Of a stretch of 64,000 bases of DNA, positions 8,578 through 18,364 are shown piece by piece (position 1 is the first letter of the stretch; every line of letters starts with the position of its first letter). Both the position numbers and the translations under genes were made by a program. This DNA is from Alphaproteobacteria bacterium (GTDB lineage Bacteria; Pseudomonadota; Alphaproteobacteria; Paracaedibacterales; CAITNM01). The stretch spans positions 5,755 to 69,754 of the forward strand of contig JBAXJB010000003.1 of assembly GCA_037138055.1 (NCBI GenBank). Reading direction: 5' to 3'. The notes beneath the pieces are model-generated. The model did no database searches and was not told the DNA's origin. It saw only the letters and a program-made list of their open reading frames with translations.

Positions 8578-8961
8578 ATGTTTGATAAAACATTAACAAC
8601 AAGTACTTATATACAAGGCCTTCATGCAGAAGCGCGTGCCCTAAAATACTTGGAAGGTCTTGGCATGGCCTGTCTAGCTAAGCGGTTAAAAACTCCACAT
8701 GGGGAAATTGATCTACTTATGAAAGACGGAGAAACCATTGTTGCAGCTGAAGTGAAGTATCGGAAAATTTTAGAAAATGCTGCGTATAGCATTAGGCCAC
8801 CACAGCAAAAGCGTATTCAACACGCGCTTGAGTGGTGGATAGCCAATCATCCTAATTATATTCATCGTCCCCCTTTCCAACGTTTTGATGTTGTTTTAGT
8901 ATGTCCAGGACACGACATAAAGTATTACAAAAATGCATGGATTTCAGAAATTCCCAACTAA
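8578..8961 (+). CDS. yraN: YraN-family (UPF0102) endonuclease-like protein
   Basis: GLHAEARALKYLEGLGMACLAKRLKTPHGEIDLLMKDGETIVAAEVKYRK and RFDVVLV are the canonical YraN pattern. Confidence 0.85.
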   Translation: MFDKTLTTSTYIQGLHAEARALKYLEGLGMACLAKRLKTPHGEIDLLMKDGETIVAAEVKYRKILENAAYSIRPPQQKRIQHALEWWIANHPNYIHRPPFQRFDVVLVCPGHDIKYYKNAWISEIPN

Positions 8962-9634
8962 CATACTAATTCTATCAACACTTTTATGCCTGAATGGCTG
9001 TATTGCCCCATTTATAATGGGCGGAGCAGCAGCTGGTGCAATGGTAGCAACTCGCGAAAAAGGAATCGGCGGAACGATGTCCGATTCTAACCTTTGTACA
9101 AAAGTAAAAATGAATTTATATAATTTTAACGCAGATTTACACGCCAAAGTTTCCGTTAGTGTACAAAATCAAGAAGTCCTATTAACCGGTGTTGTGCAAG
9201 ATGCATCTTGGTCACAAGAAGCAGAACGCCTTGCAAAAAGCGTTGATGGTGTAAAAAGTGTCATCAACAATATTGAAACAGAGGGTGAAGAAGGCCTAGG
9301 CTCAATGAGTAGCGATAGCTGGATTACAACTCGTGTTCGATCAAGCCTATTGTTTGAAAAAGATTTATATTCCTTAAATTATACCGTTGAAACAGTGAAC
9401 GGCACTGTTTACTTAACTGGCGTTGGACAGGATGAAACCGAAATCAATCGTGTTGTTGAAATTGCACGAAATGTTGGTGGCGTTAAAAAAGTAGTTAATC
9501 ATGTGAAAATCAAAGGGCAAGAAACAACTCCTGATTCTGCACCAGAAGCTGCTGCGCCTGCAGAAAACACTTCAGTTGAAGTTGCGCCGATTGACCAAAG
9601 CAGCACCATACCAGACGTTGAAGATAGAGGGTAA
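8933..9634 (+). CDS. Dual BON-domain lipoprotein (DolP/YraP/OsmY-like)
   Basis: Lipobox LLCLNG|C. Two BON-like units are (a) VSVSVQNQEVLLTGVVQDASWSQEAERLAKSVDGVKSVINNI and (b) YTVETVNGTVYLTGVGQDETEINRVVEIARNVGGVKKVVNHV. It lies next to yraN, as yraP does in the yraN-diaA-yraP region of E. coli. Confidence 0.8.
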   Translation: MHGFQKFPTNILILSTLLCLNGCIAPFIMGGAAAGAMVATREKGIGGTMSDSNLCTKVKMNLYNFNADLHAKVSVSVQNQEVLLTGVVQDASWSQEAERLAKSVDGVKSVINNIETEGEEGLGSMSSDSWITTRVRSSLLFEKDLYSLNYTVETVNGTVYLTGVGQDETEINRVVEIARNVGGVKKVVNHVKIKGQETTPDSAPEAAAPAENTSVEVAPIDQSSTIPDVEDRG

Positions 9635-9647
9635 AAAGAACTTAAGA

Positions 9648-10925
9648 TTATATAGTTTTTCTCAAGGTTCTTTGTAAAAACCACAAGGCTGGCAATAGTG
9701 TTATTGATGATAATAGAAATAGCACTACCCAGCCAAAATGTGCAGCCACATACCCTGCCCCAATTGATGCTAAAACACGTGATAACGACCCCAGCGAATA
9801 CAGCAACGTAAAGTGACTTGCTACATAAGGGCTTTTGCAAAATAGTGACAAATAGCTAATAAACCCAGTTGCCAAAAGGCCCGATGAAAAACTTTCAATG
9901 CTTAACGTTAAAATAAGTAAATCTGTATGGTGCTGACCAAACGATGCTAGCAGAGCAAATAATGTACACGCTAACATCTGAAATACTGTGGCTAACTGCA
10001 AACAAAAGACAGTACCCCTACGATGCACTATTAATCCCCCGGCAAAGCTACCAAGTAGCATCAGGCCAACCCCATAAACTTTAGTAATAGAAGCGTATTC
10101 AAATTTTGAAAAACCAAGAGAAAACAAAAATGGTGCTCCTAGTGCATTCATTATTGTGCCAGCAACTTTTATTGTTAAAATGAATCCTATAAGGGGTATT
10201 AAAACAGGTGACTTCATTAAATCAATTAGTGGCGTTAAAAAAGTTTCCCGCCAAAACTTATTACTAAGTTTTTTTTGTTTTTGAAGAGCTGGGTCTGGCA
10301 TATTCAGCAACCCAATAATCCCAGTCGCACAACATAGTGCCATAACCAGATACGCCCCTTTCCAGCCCATTATCATAGACAGGTAGACAGCGCCCGCACC
10401 CGAAGTAATCATTCCGATACGAAAACCAATTGATTCTGATGCAGCTCCTCCTCCAACATGGCTTGGGTCTGATGCGTAAATACGTAATGCATCGAGCACA
10501 ATGTCATGGGTAGCTGCGAAAAAACTCACACAGGTTGCGGTGATAACAACGCTCATAAGATGCTCAACTGGGTTAAGCTGCGCCAAAACCACCAAGCTTG
10601 TAATAAGACATATAAGGGCTAGCAACCCGAAACGTTTAATCGGGTGCAAACTTGAAAAAATTGGAAGTTTAACTCTATCAAGAAAAGGGGCCCATAAAAA
10701 TTTCAAAGCATAAGGCAGACTTACAGCCGTAAACATTCCAATAGCTTTTGTATCAAATCCACTCTCGACAAGCCAAATACTAAGAGTTGAAAGGGTAAGT
10801 AAAAATGGAATACCACTAGCAAATCCCATAGCCATTAAGCACAAAAAAACAGGATTGCTGTAAAAGTGAAATACGCGTTTTATTTTAAATATCTGTCGAT
10901 GTAACGATACAATCATTAAACTCAA
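9648..10925 (-). CDS. ampG: AmpG-family muropeptide MFS permease
   Basis: MGFASGIPFLLTLSTLSIWLVESGFDTKAIGMFTAVSLPYALKFLWAPFLDR is the canonical AmpG N-terminal signature. It is 425 aa and polytopic. Confidence 0.85.
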   Translation of the reverse strand: MSLMIVSLHRQIFKIKRVFHFYSNPVFLCLMAMGFASGIPFLLTLSTLSIWLVESGFDTKAIGMFTAVSLPYALKFLWAPFLDRVKLPIFSSLHPIKRFGLLALICLITSLVVLAQLNPVEHLMSVVITATCVSFFAATHDIVLDALRIYASDPSHVGGGAASESIGFRIGMITSGAGAVYLSMIMGWKGAYLVMALCCATGIIGLLNMPDPALQKQKKLSNKFWRETFLTPLIDLMKSPVLIPLIGFILTIKVAGTIMNALGAPFLFSLGFSKFEYASITKVYGVGLMLLGSFAGGLIVHRRGTVFCLQLATVFQMLACTLFALLASFGQHHTDLLILTLSIESFSSGLLATGFISYLSLFCKSPYVASHFTLLYSLGSLSRVLASIGAGYVAAHFGWVVLFLLSSITLLPALWFLQRTLRKTI

Positions 10926-10994
10926 CTAAACTAAATGGATAAACAGCCCGCCTGTGCAGCAGGCATTTATCAACCTTACTTTAAAACAGTAAGA

Positions 10995-11084
10995 TGGCGG
11001 ATGGGGTGAGATTCGAACTCACGAAGAGCTTACACCCTCGCCGGTTTTCAAGACCGGTGCCTTCAACCGCTCGGCCACCCATCC
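10995..11084 (-). tRNA. tRNA-Ser (anticodon UGA), CCA encoded
   Basis: Minus-strand sequence is GGATGGGTGGCCGAGCGGTTGAAGGCACCGGTCTTGAAAACCGGCGAGGGTGTAAGCTCTTCGTGAGTTCGAATCTCACCCCATCCGCCA. Acceptor stem is GGATGGG/CCCATCC. The anticodon stem CCGGT/ACCGG has loop CTTGAAA. There is a long variable arm and T-arm GTGAG-TTCGAAT-CTCAC. Confidence 0.92.
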
Positions 11085-11191
11085 ACATGTGTGAATATAT
11101 AGAAGAATATTGCAGGCTTTTTCTAAAATCGCAAGTCTTTTTACAGCATTGCTCTTCAATTATATCGTTTGTCGCCTTCAAATTTGTAATC

Positions 11192-13366
11192 TTACTTAGT
11201 TTTCATATGATAAACGCCATCCCAATCCGCTGGGGGGGGAGTTTTTTTGAAAGCTTCACATCTTTCAATATAGAGTTCACATGGATCATCTTGGCCAAAT
11301 ATTTTTTGTAAATCGTGAAAAATAGTTAAAGCCTCATCCCAGCGTTGCTCAAGATAGAATCTAAAAGCTTTAGTAAATTCATTACAGAATTTTAGTTGAT
11401 CATCACTTGGCAACACCAAAGGGTTGGAATTTTTCAAAGCAACTAATTCGTAAATGGTAACCCCTTCGTTTTTACCTTTAACCGCAACAATATCTAATGG
11501 GCGAACAACCGCATGATCGTGCAAATGGTGAACTGTTGCTTCACTAAGCATAATATTTGTTCCATAAGCCTTGTTAGCTCCTTCGAGACGTGCAGCCAAG
11601 TTAACGGAATCACCAATAATTGTATAATTCATTCTTTCAGATGATCCTATGTTTCCAACAATCACTTCACCTGTATGAATACCAATTCTTGTTAAAAGCT
11701 CTGGCTTCTTCTCAAATACCCACTTTCGATTAAGATCCAACAATCGTTTTTGACAAAGCAATGCCGTTAAACAACAATTTAGGGAATGGGCATTATCTTG
11801 TTGTGGAGCGCCCCAAAAAGCCATGATTGCATCTCCAATATATTTATCTGTCGTTCCATTGTTTTCAGCTACAATAGAAGTCATTTCATCAAAATATTCA
11901 TACAAGTGTAACACCAGCTTTTCTGCAGGATAAGTTTCACTAATAGTTGTAAAATTGGCAATATCTGAGAAGAAAATTGACAATTGCTTTTTCTTACCGC
12001 CTATTTTTACTTCAACTCCCTTGTCCACAAGTTTTTTTACCAAATTTTTAGGCACAAATTTTCCAAATGAAATAAGGCTTTTCCGCATACGTGAAATAGA
12101 ATTTTGCAGTTTTTGTATTTCTTTAATTCCAGAAACCACTTCAGCCACTGGATCCAAATCAAAATTAGTTATCTTATCGGCCTGTAATGACAGATTATTA
12201 ATAGGTGCAGCTATACGCCTCGCCATAATCGCTATGACTACAATCGAAAGAATTAATATCAGAAGACAAATCAGCAGCGTATTACGTTGTGTAACCTTAA
12301 CAACCCCAATGTATTCATCAATAGGAGTTATCATTAGAAATTCCCACCCTTTAAAGCCTTCCAGAAGGAATTCTTTAAATAGAGCAATATACTCAACATC
12401 TCCTGATGTGAAAATAAAACGTTGCTGTTTATCAATTTGCTTTGCACGATATGCAACTGATGCAGTCTTGTCAGTTAAATCATCTATAGTAACTAATTTA
12501 GTTTCTGTACCAACAACTTTAGAATAGTTTTTTTCAGTGGGATGAGCGACTATTTCACCTTTTTGATTAAGCACCATAGATACGCCTTTTATATCACTTT
12601 TTTGAAGATCAACAGCCAGTTTAGGTAAACCTACAGTGGAAGAAATGACCCCTACAAAGTCTCCAGTATCTGAAAGTAAAGGCACACCACAAGCAATACT
12701 TGGTGCTTGTGTTACATCAGAAACAAAAATATCTGTCCAAATATTCGAACGATTTTGCGCCGTTTTTATGTACCATGGACGATTTTTGTGAACCATGGTA
12801 ATTTGCGCTTCAGGTATTTTTTCTTCGTCTATTTTTTTACCTTCATTGTCTAGATAGATCCATATTTCTGTTGGCTTTACATCGCTTCTATCAACGATTC
12901 TTAAAGCAAACACAGCTTTTTTAGGGAGAATTTTTGCTTGTTCAATACGATAGGTTGTACCTGGTGTTATTGGTTTTACTTGTACAAAATACCCTGACTC
13001 TGTGCCAACATATACACTATCCACAAGCTTATACTGGCGGCAATGTCCCATCATAAATTGAATTAAATCTTTGCTAATTACAGCAGCTTTTGAGGTATCT
13101 CGCACTAAGTACCCACCAAGTTCTGTTGAAGTTAGAACTTCACGAAAATTATCCGCAATACTTGAAACTTCAGAAATACTGGCATTTTCCATTAAACGAT
13201 TCGAAAAATCAACAATTGAACGAGAGTTATTAATATAGGTGTAGGTTACAATGGAAATAGCTGTGATAACCTGTAAAACAAAAAAACTACTTAAAATATC
13301 AAATCTAAGATTTCTACTTTTGAATCTATTCGTTAACACACTGAAAAAACTTTTAATAATCATCAC
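11192..13366 (-). CDS. Membrane-bound class III adenylate/guanylate cyclase with a periplasmic Cache-like sensor and a HAMP domain
   Basis: An N-terminal TM segment is followed by an extracytoplasmic domain of about 300 aa, a second TM segment (LLICLLILILSIVVIAIMA) and then HAMP (RRIAAPINNLSLQADKI). The catalytic core is LSIFFSDIANFTTISE...DKYIGDAIMAFWGAP...RIGIHTGEVIVGNIGSSERMNYTIIGDSVNLAARLEG. Confidence 0.85.
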   Translation of the reverse strand: MMIIKSFFSVLTNRFKSRNLRFDILSSFFVLQVITAISIVTYTYINNSRSIVDFSNRLMENASISEVSSIADNFREVLTSTELGGYLVRDTSKAAVISKDLIQFMMGHCRQYKLVDSVYVGTESGYFVQVKPITPGTTYRIEQAKILPKKAVFALRIVDRSDVKPTEIWIYLDNEGKKIDEEKIPEAQITMVHKNRPWYIKTAQNRSNIWTDIFVSDVTQAPSIACGVPLLSDTGDFVGVISSTVGLPKLAVDLQKSDIKGVSMVLNQKGEIVAHPTEKNYSKVVGTETKLVTIDDLTDKTASVAYRAKQIDKQQRFIFTSGDVEYIALFKEFLLEGFKGWEFLMITPIDEYIGVVKVTQRNTLLICLLILILSIVVIAIMARRIAAPINNLSLQADKITNFDLDPVAEVVSGIKEIQKLQNSISRMRKSLISFGKFVPKNLVKKLVDKGVEVKIGGKKKQLSIFFSDIANFTTISETYPAEKLVLHLYEYFDEMTSIVAENNGTTDKYIGDAIMAFWGAPQQDNAHSLNCCLTALLCQKRLLDLNRKWVFEKKPELLTRIGIHTGEVIVGNIGSSERMNYTIIGDSVNLAARLEGANKAYGTNIMLSEATVHHLHDHAVVRPLDIVAVKGKNEGVTIYELVALKNSNPLVLPSDDQLKFCNEFTKAFRFYLEQRWDEALTIFHDLQKIFGQDDPCELYIERCEAFKKTPPPADWDGVYHMKTK

Positions 13367-13502
13367 TAACTGCCTATATTTTTTATTTTAATTTTCGCTC
13401 CATTACTTAATTGTAAATAAAATGTATTAATTTGTTACTAACAAAAGCGTTAAAATACTTTGCATTCGATAATTTTATAGCTTATTGAACTAAAGGTTAC
13501 CT

Positions 13503-14315
13503 TTACCACTTAAGTGTTGCAGAAAAATAAGTTGCCTTACTTTCATTATCAACTTCATAAGAAGCTGTAATAAGCATTGCATCCATATTGTGTCTTAATG
13601 CGCCTTGAATATCTGTATATTCTGTATCACCTGTCATTAGCACACGATCAGGACATTTTAGTTTCTTCAGTGCTCGAATAAATATTTCAGGAAACGGTTT
13701 ACCAAAGCTAAGCACCTCGCCGCCTAGTTGCTGGTAGCGTTGTGATAATAAACCCGGACGTAAATGCTGTTTTTTCGAACAAAAAGCTAATAAATCAGGA
13801 TTAGCACATATAAATTTCAAATTTCGTTTTATGGCTTGCTTAAAGATTTCATCATAATGAAGAGCAATATCTTTTGGATCCTTCACAGCGTGCGGAACCG
13901 CCAAAGCTAAAATAACATCCGCTTCATGAATATTATCCGTAACACAGTGTAATTTGCTGAGTTCCTGCCATTTTTCCCAGTAGTGAGTATCAATTAGATA
14001 AATTTTTTTTGCGATTTTATACTCATTCTGAATATATTCAAAACAAAGATCACCCGCAGTTAATACTGTGTGGTACAAATCTGTAGGTAAACCACATTGT
14101 TCCAGATTTTTTCTGCAATCTCTCCCTAAAAACGGAGTGTTTGAAATTAAAATAACTGGTTTTTTTAAGGAATTTAAAATTTTTAGCACCTCTAACGCAT
14201 CTCTAAAAATCGCCCCTCCTTCATATAGGACCCCCCATAGATCAAATAAGAAACAGTCATACTTTTCTGAGACGTCACGAAAACCTTTTATAATTTTACT
14301 CATGCTATTTTTCAT
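13503..14315 (-). CDS. HAD-superfamily subfamily IIA hydrolase
   Basis: Motif I is FLFDLWGVLYEGG. ISNTP is the Ser/Thr motif II region. GDTEYTDIQGA is motif IV. Confidence 0.75.
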   Translation of the reverse strand: MKNSMSKIIKGFRDVSEKYDCFLFDLWGVLYEGGAIFRDALEVLKILNSLKKPVILISNTPFLGRDCRKNLEQCGLPTDLYHTVLTAGDLCFEYIQNEYKIAKKIYLIDTHYWEKWQELSKLHCVTDNIHEADVILALAVPHAVKDPKDIALHYDEIFKQAIKRNLKFICANPDLLAFCSKKQHLRPGLLSQRYQQLGGEVLSFGKPFPEIFIRALKKLKCPDRVLMTGDTEYTDIQGALRHNMDAMLITASYEVDNESKATYFSATLKW

Positions 14316-14476
14316 TTTATTAAAATTGTAAAAATTTTTATTTAATTTTTTTTATTACGTGTTAGCATTATAGAGGGAAAGTAAAAACCAAAAATTAAAA
14401 GTATTTATTTTGTGTTAATAATATCCATTATATTATTAACAGTTTAATTTTTTATTAATAAAACAAGTAATTTTAT

Positions 14477-16342
14477 ATGCACAAAGGATTTCCGATGACA
14501 GACAACGACATTATTGTCTCATTTATAGCTACAAATCCTGTATTTAAGATTTTAACACCAACTGATAAATCGCGCTTTATCAGTAAGTTAAGTGTTAAAA
14601 AATATAGTGTTGACGCTGTAATTCACAACAACTTTGATCACAGTTCTTCAGGATTTTTTGTAGTAAATGGGTCAGTTAATTTAAAAAACACAAATTTTGA
14701 AAAAAAAGTTAACGCAGGGCATTTCTTTTCTTGCGAAAGTGTTCTTGGGCTGCAAAATCACACAACTAAGGCCACTTGTATTGATGAATGCACAATTATT
14801 TCCCTGTCAGATGGTGCACTAAACACGCTGGTTAATTTAAATCCAGACGCGCTGGGTTATTTTAGCGAAAATACATTTGAAAATTTGGGAATAGTTGAAA
14901 AACAACCAGCCTCTGCCACAAAATTAAAAACATTCACAGAAACTGCTATGTTTGATTTTGAGGGTAGCATTTGGAGTTGGTTAGCCCTGCTTATTTGTAC
15001 TCCAGCACTATATGCTTATATGCAAACTCCTGCAATTTCAAGTGACGCCAGAATATTCCTTACGTTTTTAGCAGTATGCATTTTTATGTGGGTATTTCGT
15101 TTAGTTCCTTATTATATTCCAGCACTATTTACCATACTTGGAACTTTAGCTGTCGATATAGCCCCTGTAAAAGTGGTTTTAAGCGGCTTTTCATCTGAAA
15201 GCTTCATTATGATTATGGCCCTTTCTGCTGTTAGCTTGGTAGTGATCAAATCAGGTATTTTGTATCGAGCCTTAATTAAATTATTATCGATCAGCAAGTG
15301 TAGTTATAATTTCTACAACTTTATTTTATTTTTCATAGGGTCAATACTTACACTCTTTATTCCAGCAATTGTCACTCGTTGCCAAATTATGGCGCAATTA
15401 ACTAATGAGGCTAGAGACTTATTAAATACTAAAAAAACTGATTCGTTCAGCACAAGTTTGGCAGTTACAGGTTTTTTTGGAGCAAGCTTATTCTCAACCA
15501 TATTTTTTACCGGATCGTTAATGAACTTTTTGGTGCAAAATATTTTACCAACCCAAGAACAAACCCAATTTCAGTCATTAGGCTGGATTAAAGCATCAAT
15601 GATGATGGGAGCATTTTTTCTTGTTGGTTATTTAGTAGCATTTTGTGCAGTTTTTTTAAACAAGGAAAAATGCGAACTGAAGAAGGAAATCTTAATTTCA
15701 AAATTAAATGCTATTGGAAAAATCTCAATAATTGAATGGTGCGCAATTTCAGCTGTTGCTTTTTTGAGTGTAGGATTTTTCACATATTTTCAGCACCAAA
15801 TTCACCCTGCTTGGGTTGCCACCATAACTATGGTAGCGCTTGTAGGAGTTGGGGCATTCAGTAAAAAAGATTTTCAAACTGGAATAGACTGGGCATTTAT
15901 CATTTTCATAGCCACTTGCTCTGGAATTGGAGCAACTCTGAATTATCTAGGCTTAAATGATATTATTGCTAAAAATCTTGTTAATCTTTTAGGAACAAAC
16001 TTTAAAGATCCTTTTTATTTTATATCGCTAATAATCATATCAACACTATTGATTAGGATGTTTTTACCAATAACACCTTCTGTGCTCATTCTATGCACAA
16101 TATTTATTCCAATTTCAAACTTCTATAATATTAGCCCCTGGTTAGCCTCTATAGTGATACTAGTCACAGCGGATATGTGGTTCTTACCTTATCAAAACTT
16201 CTTCTATGTTATGTTTGAAGAATTTTCAAGCAGTAATTACAATCAGAAAAAATTTATTTTATTTAATATTATTATGAACATTGTACGTGTTGGGGCAATT
16301 TATTTATCGATGCCTTATTGGTCTAAACTTGGTTTGATGTAA
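14477..16342 (+). CDS. Fusion protein: N-terminal cyclic-nucleotide-binding-like domain plus an anion/Na+ symporter-type permease (DASS/ArsB-NhaD superfamily)
   Basis: Residues about 10-130 follow the cNMP-binding beta-roll pattern (FFVVNGSVNL...GHFFSCESVLG...TKATCIDECTIISL). The usual PBC Arg is replaced (TKAT instead of R-T/S-A). About 480 aa of polytopic permease follow. Confidence 0.65.
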   Translation: MHKGFPMTDNDIIVSFIATNPVFKILTPTDKSRFISKLSVKKYSVDAVIHNNFDHSSSGFFVVNGSVNLKNTNFEKKVNAGHFFSCESVLGLQNHTTKATCIDECTIISLSDGALNTLVNLNPDALGYFSENTFENLGIVEKQPASATKLKTFTETAMFDFEGSIWSWLALLICTPALYAYMQTPAISSDARIFLTFLAVCIFMWVFRLVPYYIPALFTILGTLAVDIAPVKVVLSGFSSESFIMIMALSAVSLVVIKSGILYRALIKLLSISKCSYNFYNFILFFIGSILTLFIPAIVTRCQIMAQLTNEARDLLNTKKTDSFSTSLAVTGFFGASLFSTIFFTGSLMNFLVQNILPTQEQTQFQSLGWIKASMMMGAFFLVGYLVAFCAVFLNKEKCELKKEILISKLNAIGKISIIEWCAISAVAFLSVGFFTYFQHQIHPAWVATITMVALVGVGAFSKKDFQTGIDWAFIIFIATCSGIGATLNYLGLNDIIAKNLVNLLGTNFKDPFYFISLIIISTLLIRMFLPITPSVLILCTIFIPISNFYNISPWLASIVILVTADMWFLPYQNFFYVMFEEFSSSNYNQKKFILFNIIMNIVRVGAIYLSMPYWSKLGLM

Positions 16343-16354
16343 AAAGGGATTATC

Positions 16355-17395
16355 ATGATTAAATTACGCTTATTATTTGTAGGGTTATTTGTGCTTGGTA
16401 GCACCTATTTTTTAGTCAAAGAAAGTATTTCAACACCTAGGATTCTTGTATTACAAAGTTATGGAAGTGATTATTCTTGGACACATGATGTTGATGTTGG
16501 TATCAAGAAAATTTTGGAAAAAGAAAGTACTGTTACCGTAAGATGGCACTATATGGACACAAAAAATCACCCAGAAAAGCATTACTTAGAAAAAATTGGT
16601 ATTGTTAGTAAACGAGTAATAGATCAATTCAAGCCATCCGTGATCATTGCAGTAGATGACGATGCTCAGGAATACGTGACTAAGTACTACAATAACGATC
16701 CAAACATTAAGATTGTTTTTTCTGGCGTAAACGCCACAAGGGAAGAATACGCCTTTGATAAGGCAAATAATGTCACCGGTATTTTAGAACGCTTACCAGT
16801 TGATGGCATTGTTGACTCACTACAGCTACTTGCAGGAACGACAAATACTATAAAAATAATTCATGTAAGTGATGAGTCAAAAACCGTAAAACTTGATGAT
16901 AAGTTTTTGCATGCATATAAAGGATGGAAAAATGTAAAAATGCTTCCTTCACTGCTTGTTTCAACTTTTGATGATTGGAAAATAGCTATTAAAAAAGCCT
17001 GCAAAGACGCTGATTATATCGTTATATCAAATTACAGAAAAATCTATGATGTTAAAGGTAGTGAGAAAAAAGTTCTCCCTAAAGAAATAATGGCATGGAC
17101 TATGACCAATGCTACTAAGCCAATTATAGGAATGAATGCGTTTATATTTGAAGATGGTGCGCGTTTAGCAATAGCAACATCCCCTTACGAACAAGGAGAG
17201 GTCGCAGCACAGTTTGCACTAGATATTATCAAGACAGGCGTTCTACCCCCGCATACTCAAACAAAGCAGTTCGTAGTAGGAATAGATGAAAAAGCTATCA
17301 TGCAAGGTGGAGAATTTTTTGGACTCCCAAAAACTTATGTAGCCTATGCTTTGTATTCAGGAAAATTCAGACAAAAGAAAAGTAATGCAAAATAA
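16355..17395 (+). CDS. Orphan periplasmic substrate-binding protein (ABC_sub_bind/COG2984-like)
   Basis: Signal/anchor MIKLRLLFVGLFVLGSTYF. RILVLQSYGSDYSWTHDV...KPSVIIAVDDDAQEYV...IKIVFSGVN follows the family pattern. No permease or ATPase gene is adjacent. Confidence 0.55.
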   Translation: MIKLRLLFVGLFVLGSTYFLVKESISTPRILVLQSYGSDYSWTHDVDVGIKKILEKESTVTVRWHYMDTKNHPEKHYLEKIGIVSKRVIDQFKPSVIIAVDDDAQEYVTKYYNNDPNIKIVFSGVNATREEYAFDKANNVTGILERLPVDGIVDSLQLLAGTTNTIKIIHVSDESKTVKLDDKFLHAYKGWKNVKMLPSLLVSTFDDWKIAIKKACKDADYIVISNYRKIYDVKGSEKKVLPKEIMAWTMTNATKPIIGMNAFIFEDGARLAIATSPYEQGEVAAQFALDIIKTGVLPPHTQTKQFVVGIDEKAIMQGGEFFGLPKTYVAYALYSGKFRQKKSNAK

Positions 17396-17411
17396 TACTC
17401 CTTCTCTTACG

Positions 17412-18299
17412 TCATAAGGTAGATGTTTGAAGCGCTGAATATTGCAATGCTTTCTTAAGCTTTTCAAAAGCAGAAATTTCTAACTGACGCACACGTTCAC
17501 GAGAAATTGTTAAGTTTTGACTCATTTCTTCAAGTGTTTTAGGTGGTTCATCTAAGCGCCTGCCGATGATAATTTCTTGCTCCCTAGCATTGAGTGCTTT
17601 CATGGCTCCTTGCAATGCGTCACGACGTTTATCGAACTCATCACGCTGGACGATTTGAATTTCTTGATTGTCGCTTTCATCCGCTAACCAATCCATCCAT
17701 TCCATAGTGCTTTCGCTATCATTAATTGGCGTATTTAAAGACGAATCGTGACTTGCTATGCGCTGTTCCATTGACCAGACTTCATCCTCTGACACATTAA
17801 GCTTTAACGCTATTTTTTGTACTAATTCTGGGGTAAGCTGGTCACTGTGAAGCTTACCATCCTTTTCTTGAGCTTCTTGGATAATTGCTCGTTTGGTTTT
17901 TTTTAAGGAAAAAAACAGCTTTTTTTGTGCGGCAGTTGTACCAATTTTTACCAACGACCAGGTATGTAAAATGTAGTCTTGCATGCTGGCCTTAATCCAC
18001 CACATAGCATAGGTAGAAAAGCGAAATCCACGGTCTGGCTCATAATGTTTCATGGCTTGCATCATGCCGATATTGCCTTCAGCAATTAAGTCACTAATAG
18101 GCAGACCATATCCGCGATAGCCTACTGCAACTTTTGCTACTAACTTTAGATGCGCTGCTGCCAATTTTTCCATAGCCTTATGGTCTTGGTTTTCACGCCA
18201 ATCTTTAGCTAGTTTATATTCTTCTTCAAGACTGAGAACCGCAAGGCTTCGAACCTTTTGTACATATTGATGGTGGTCATGATGCTGCTGCAAAATCAT
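17412..18299 (-). CDS. rpoH: RNA polymerase sigma-32 heat-shock factor
   Basis: Motifs AHLKLVAKVAVGYRGYGLPISDLIAEGNIGMMQAMKHYEPDRGFRFSTYAMWWIKA, the RpoH-box-like AAQKKLFFSLKK, and region 4 ISRERVRQLE. Confidence 0.9.
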   Translation of the reverse strand: MILQQHHDHHQYVQKVRSLAVLSLEEEYKLAKDWRENQDHKAMEKLAAAHLKLVAKVAVGYRGYGLPISDLIAEGNIGMMQAMKHYEPDRGFRFSTYAMWWIKASMQDYILHTWSLVKIGTTAAQKKLFFSLKKTKRAIIQEAQEKDGKLHSDQLTPELVQKIALKLNVSEDEVWSMEQRIASHDSSLNTPINDSESTMEWMDWLADESDNQEIQIVQRDEFDKRRDALQGAMKALNAREQEIIIGRRLDEPPKTLEEMSQNLTISRERVRQLEISAFEKLKKALQYSALQTSTL

Positions 18300-18364
18300 T
18301 TACAAATAAGACGCCTGCGTTAAGTTTAGCTAGTTTTTTATAGCGTATTCAAGCGGGGTATTTT

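Noticed and set aside
10926-10994. Possible hairpin (GCCTG-TGCAG-CAGGC) downstream of tRNA-Ser as a terminator
   Set aside because: The stem is only 5 bp and has no clear U-tract, which is too weak to report as a feature.
10981-11311. ORFs 10981-11181 (minus) and 10994-11311 (plus)
   Set aside because: Both run through the tRNA-Ser gene (10995-11084) and the cyclase 3' end. The tRNA cloverleaf explains the sequence.
11955-12527. 190-aa plus-strand ORF
   Set aside because: It is antisense inside the well-supported adenylate cyclase gene and has no motifs.
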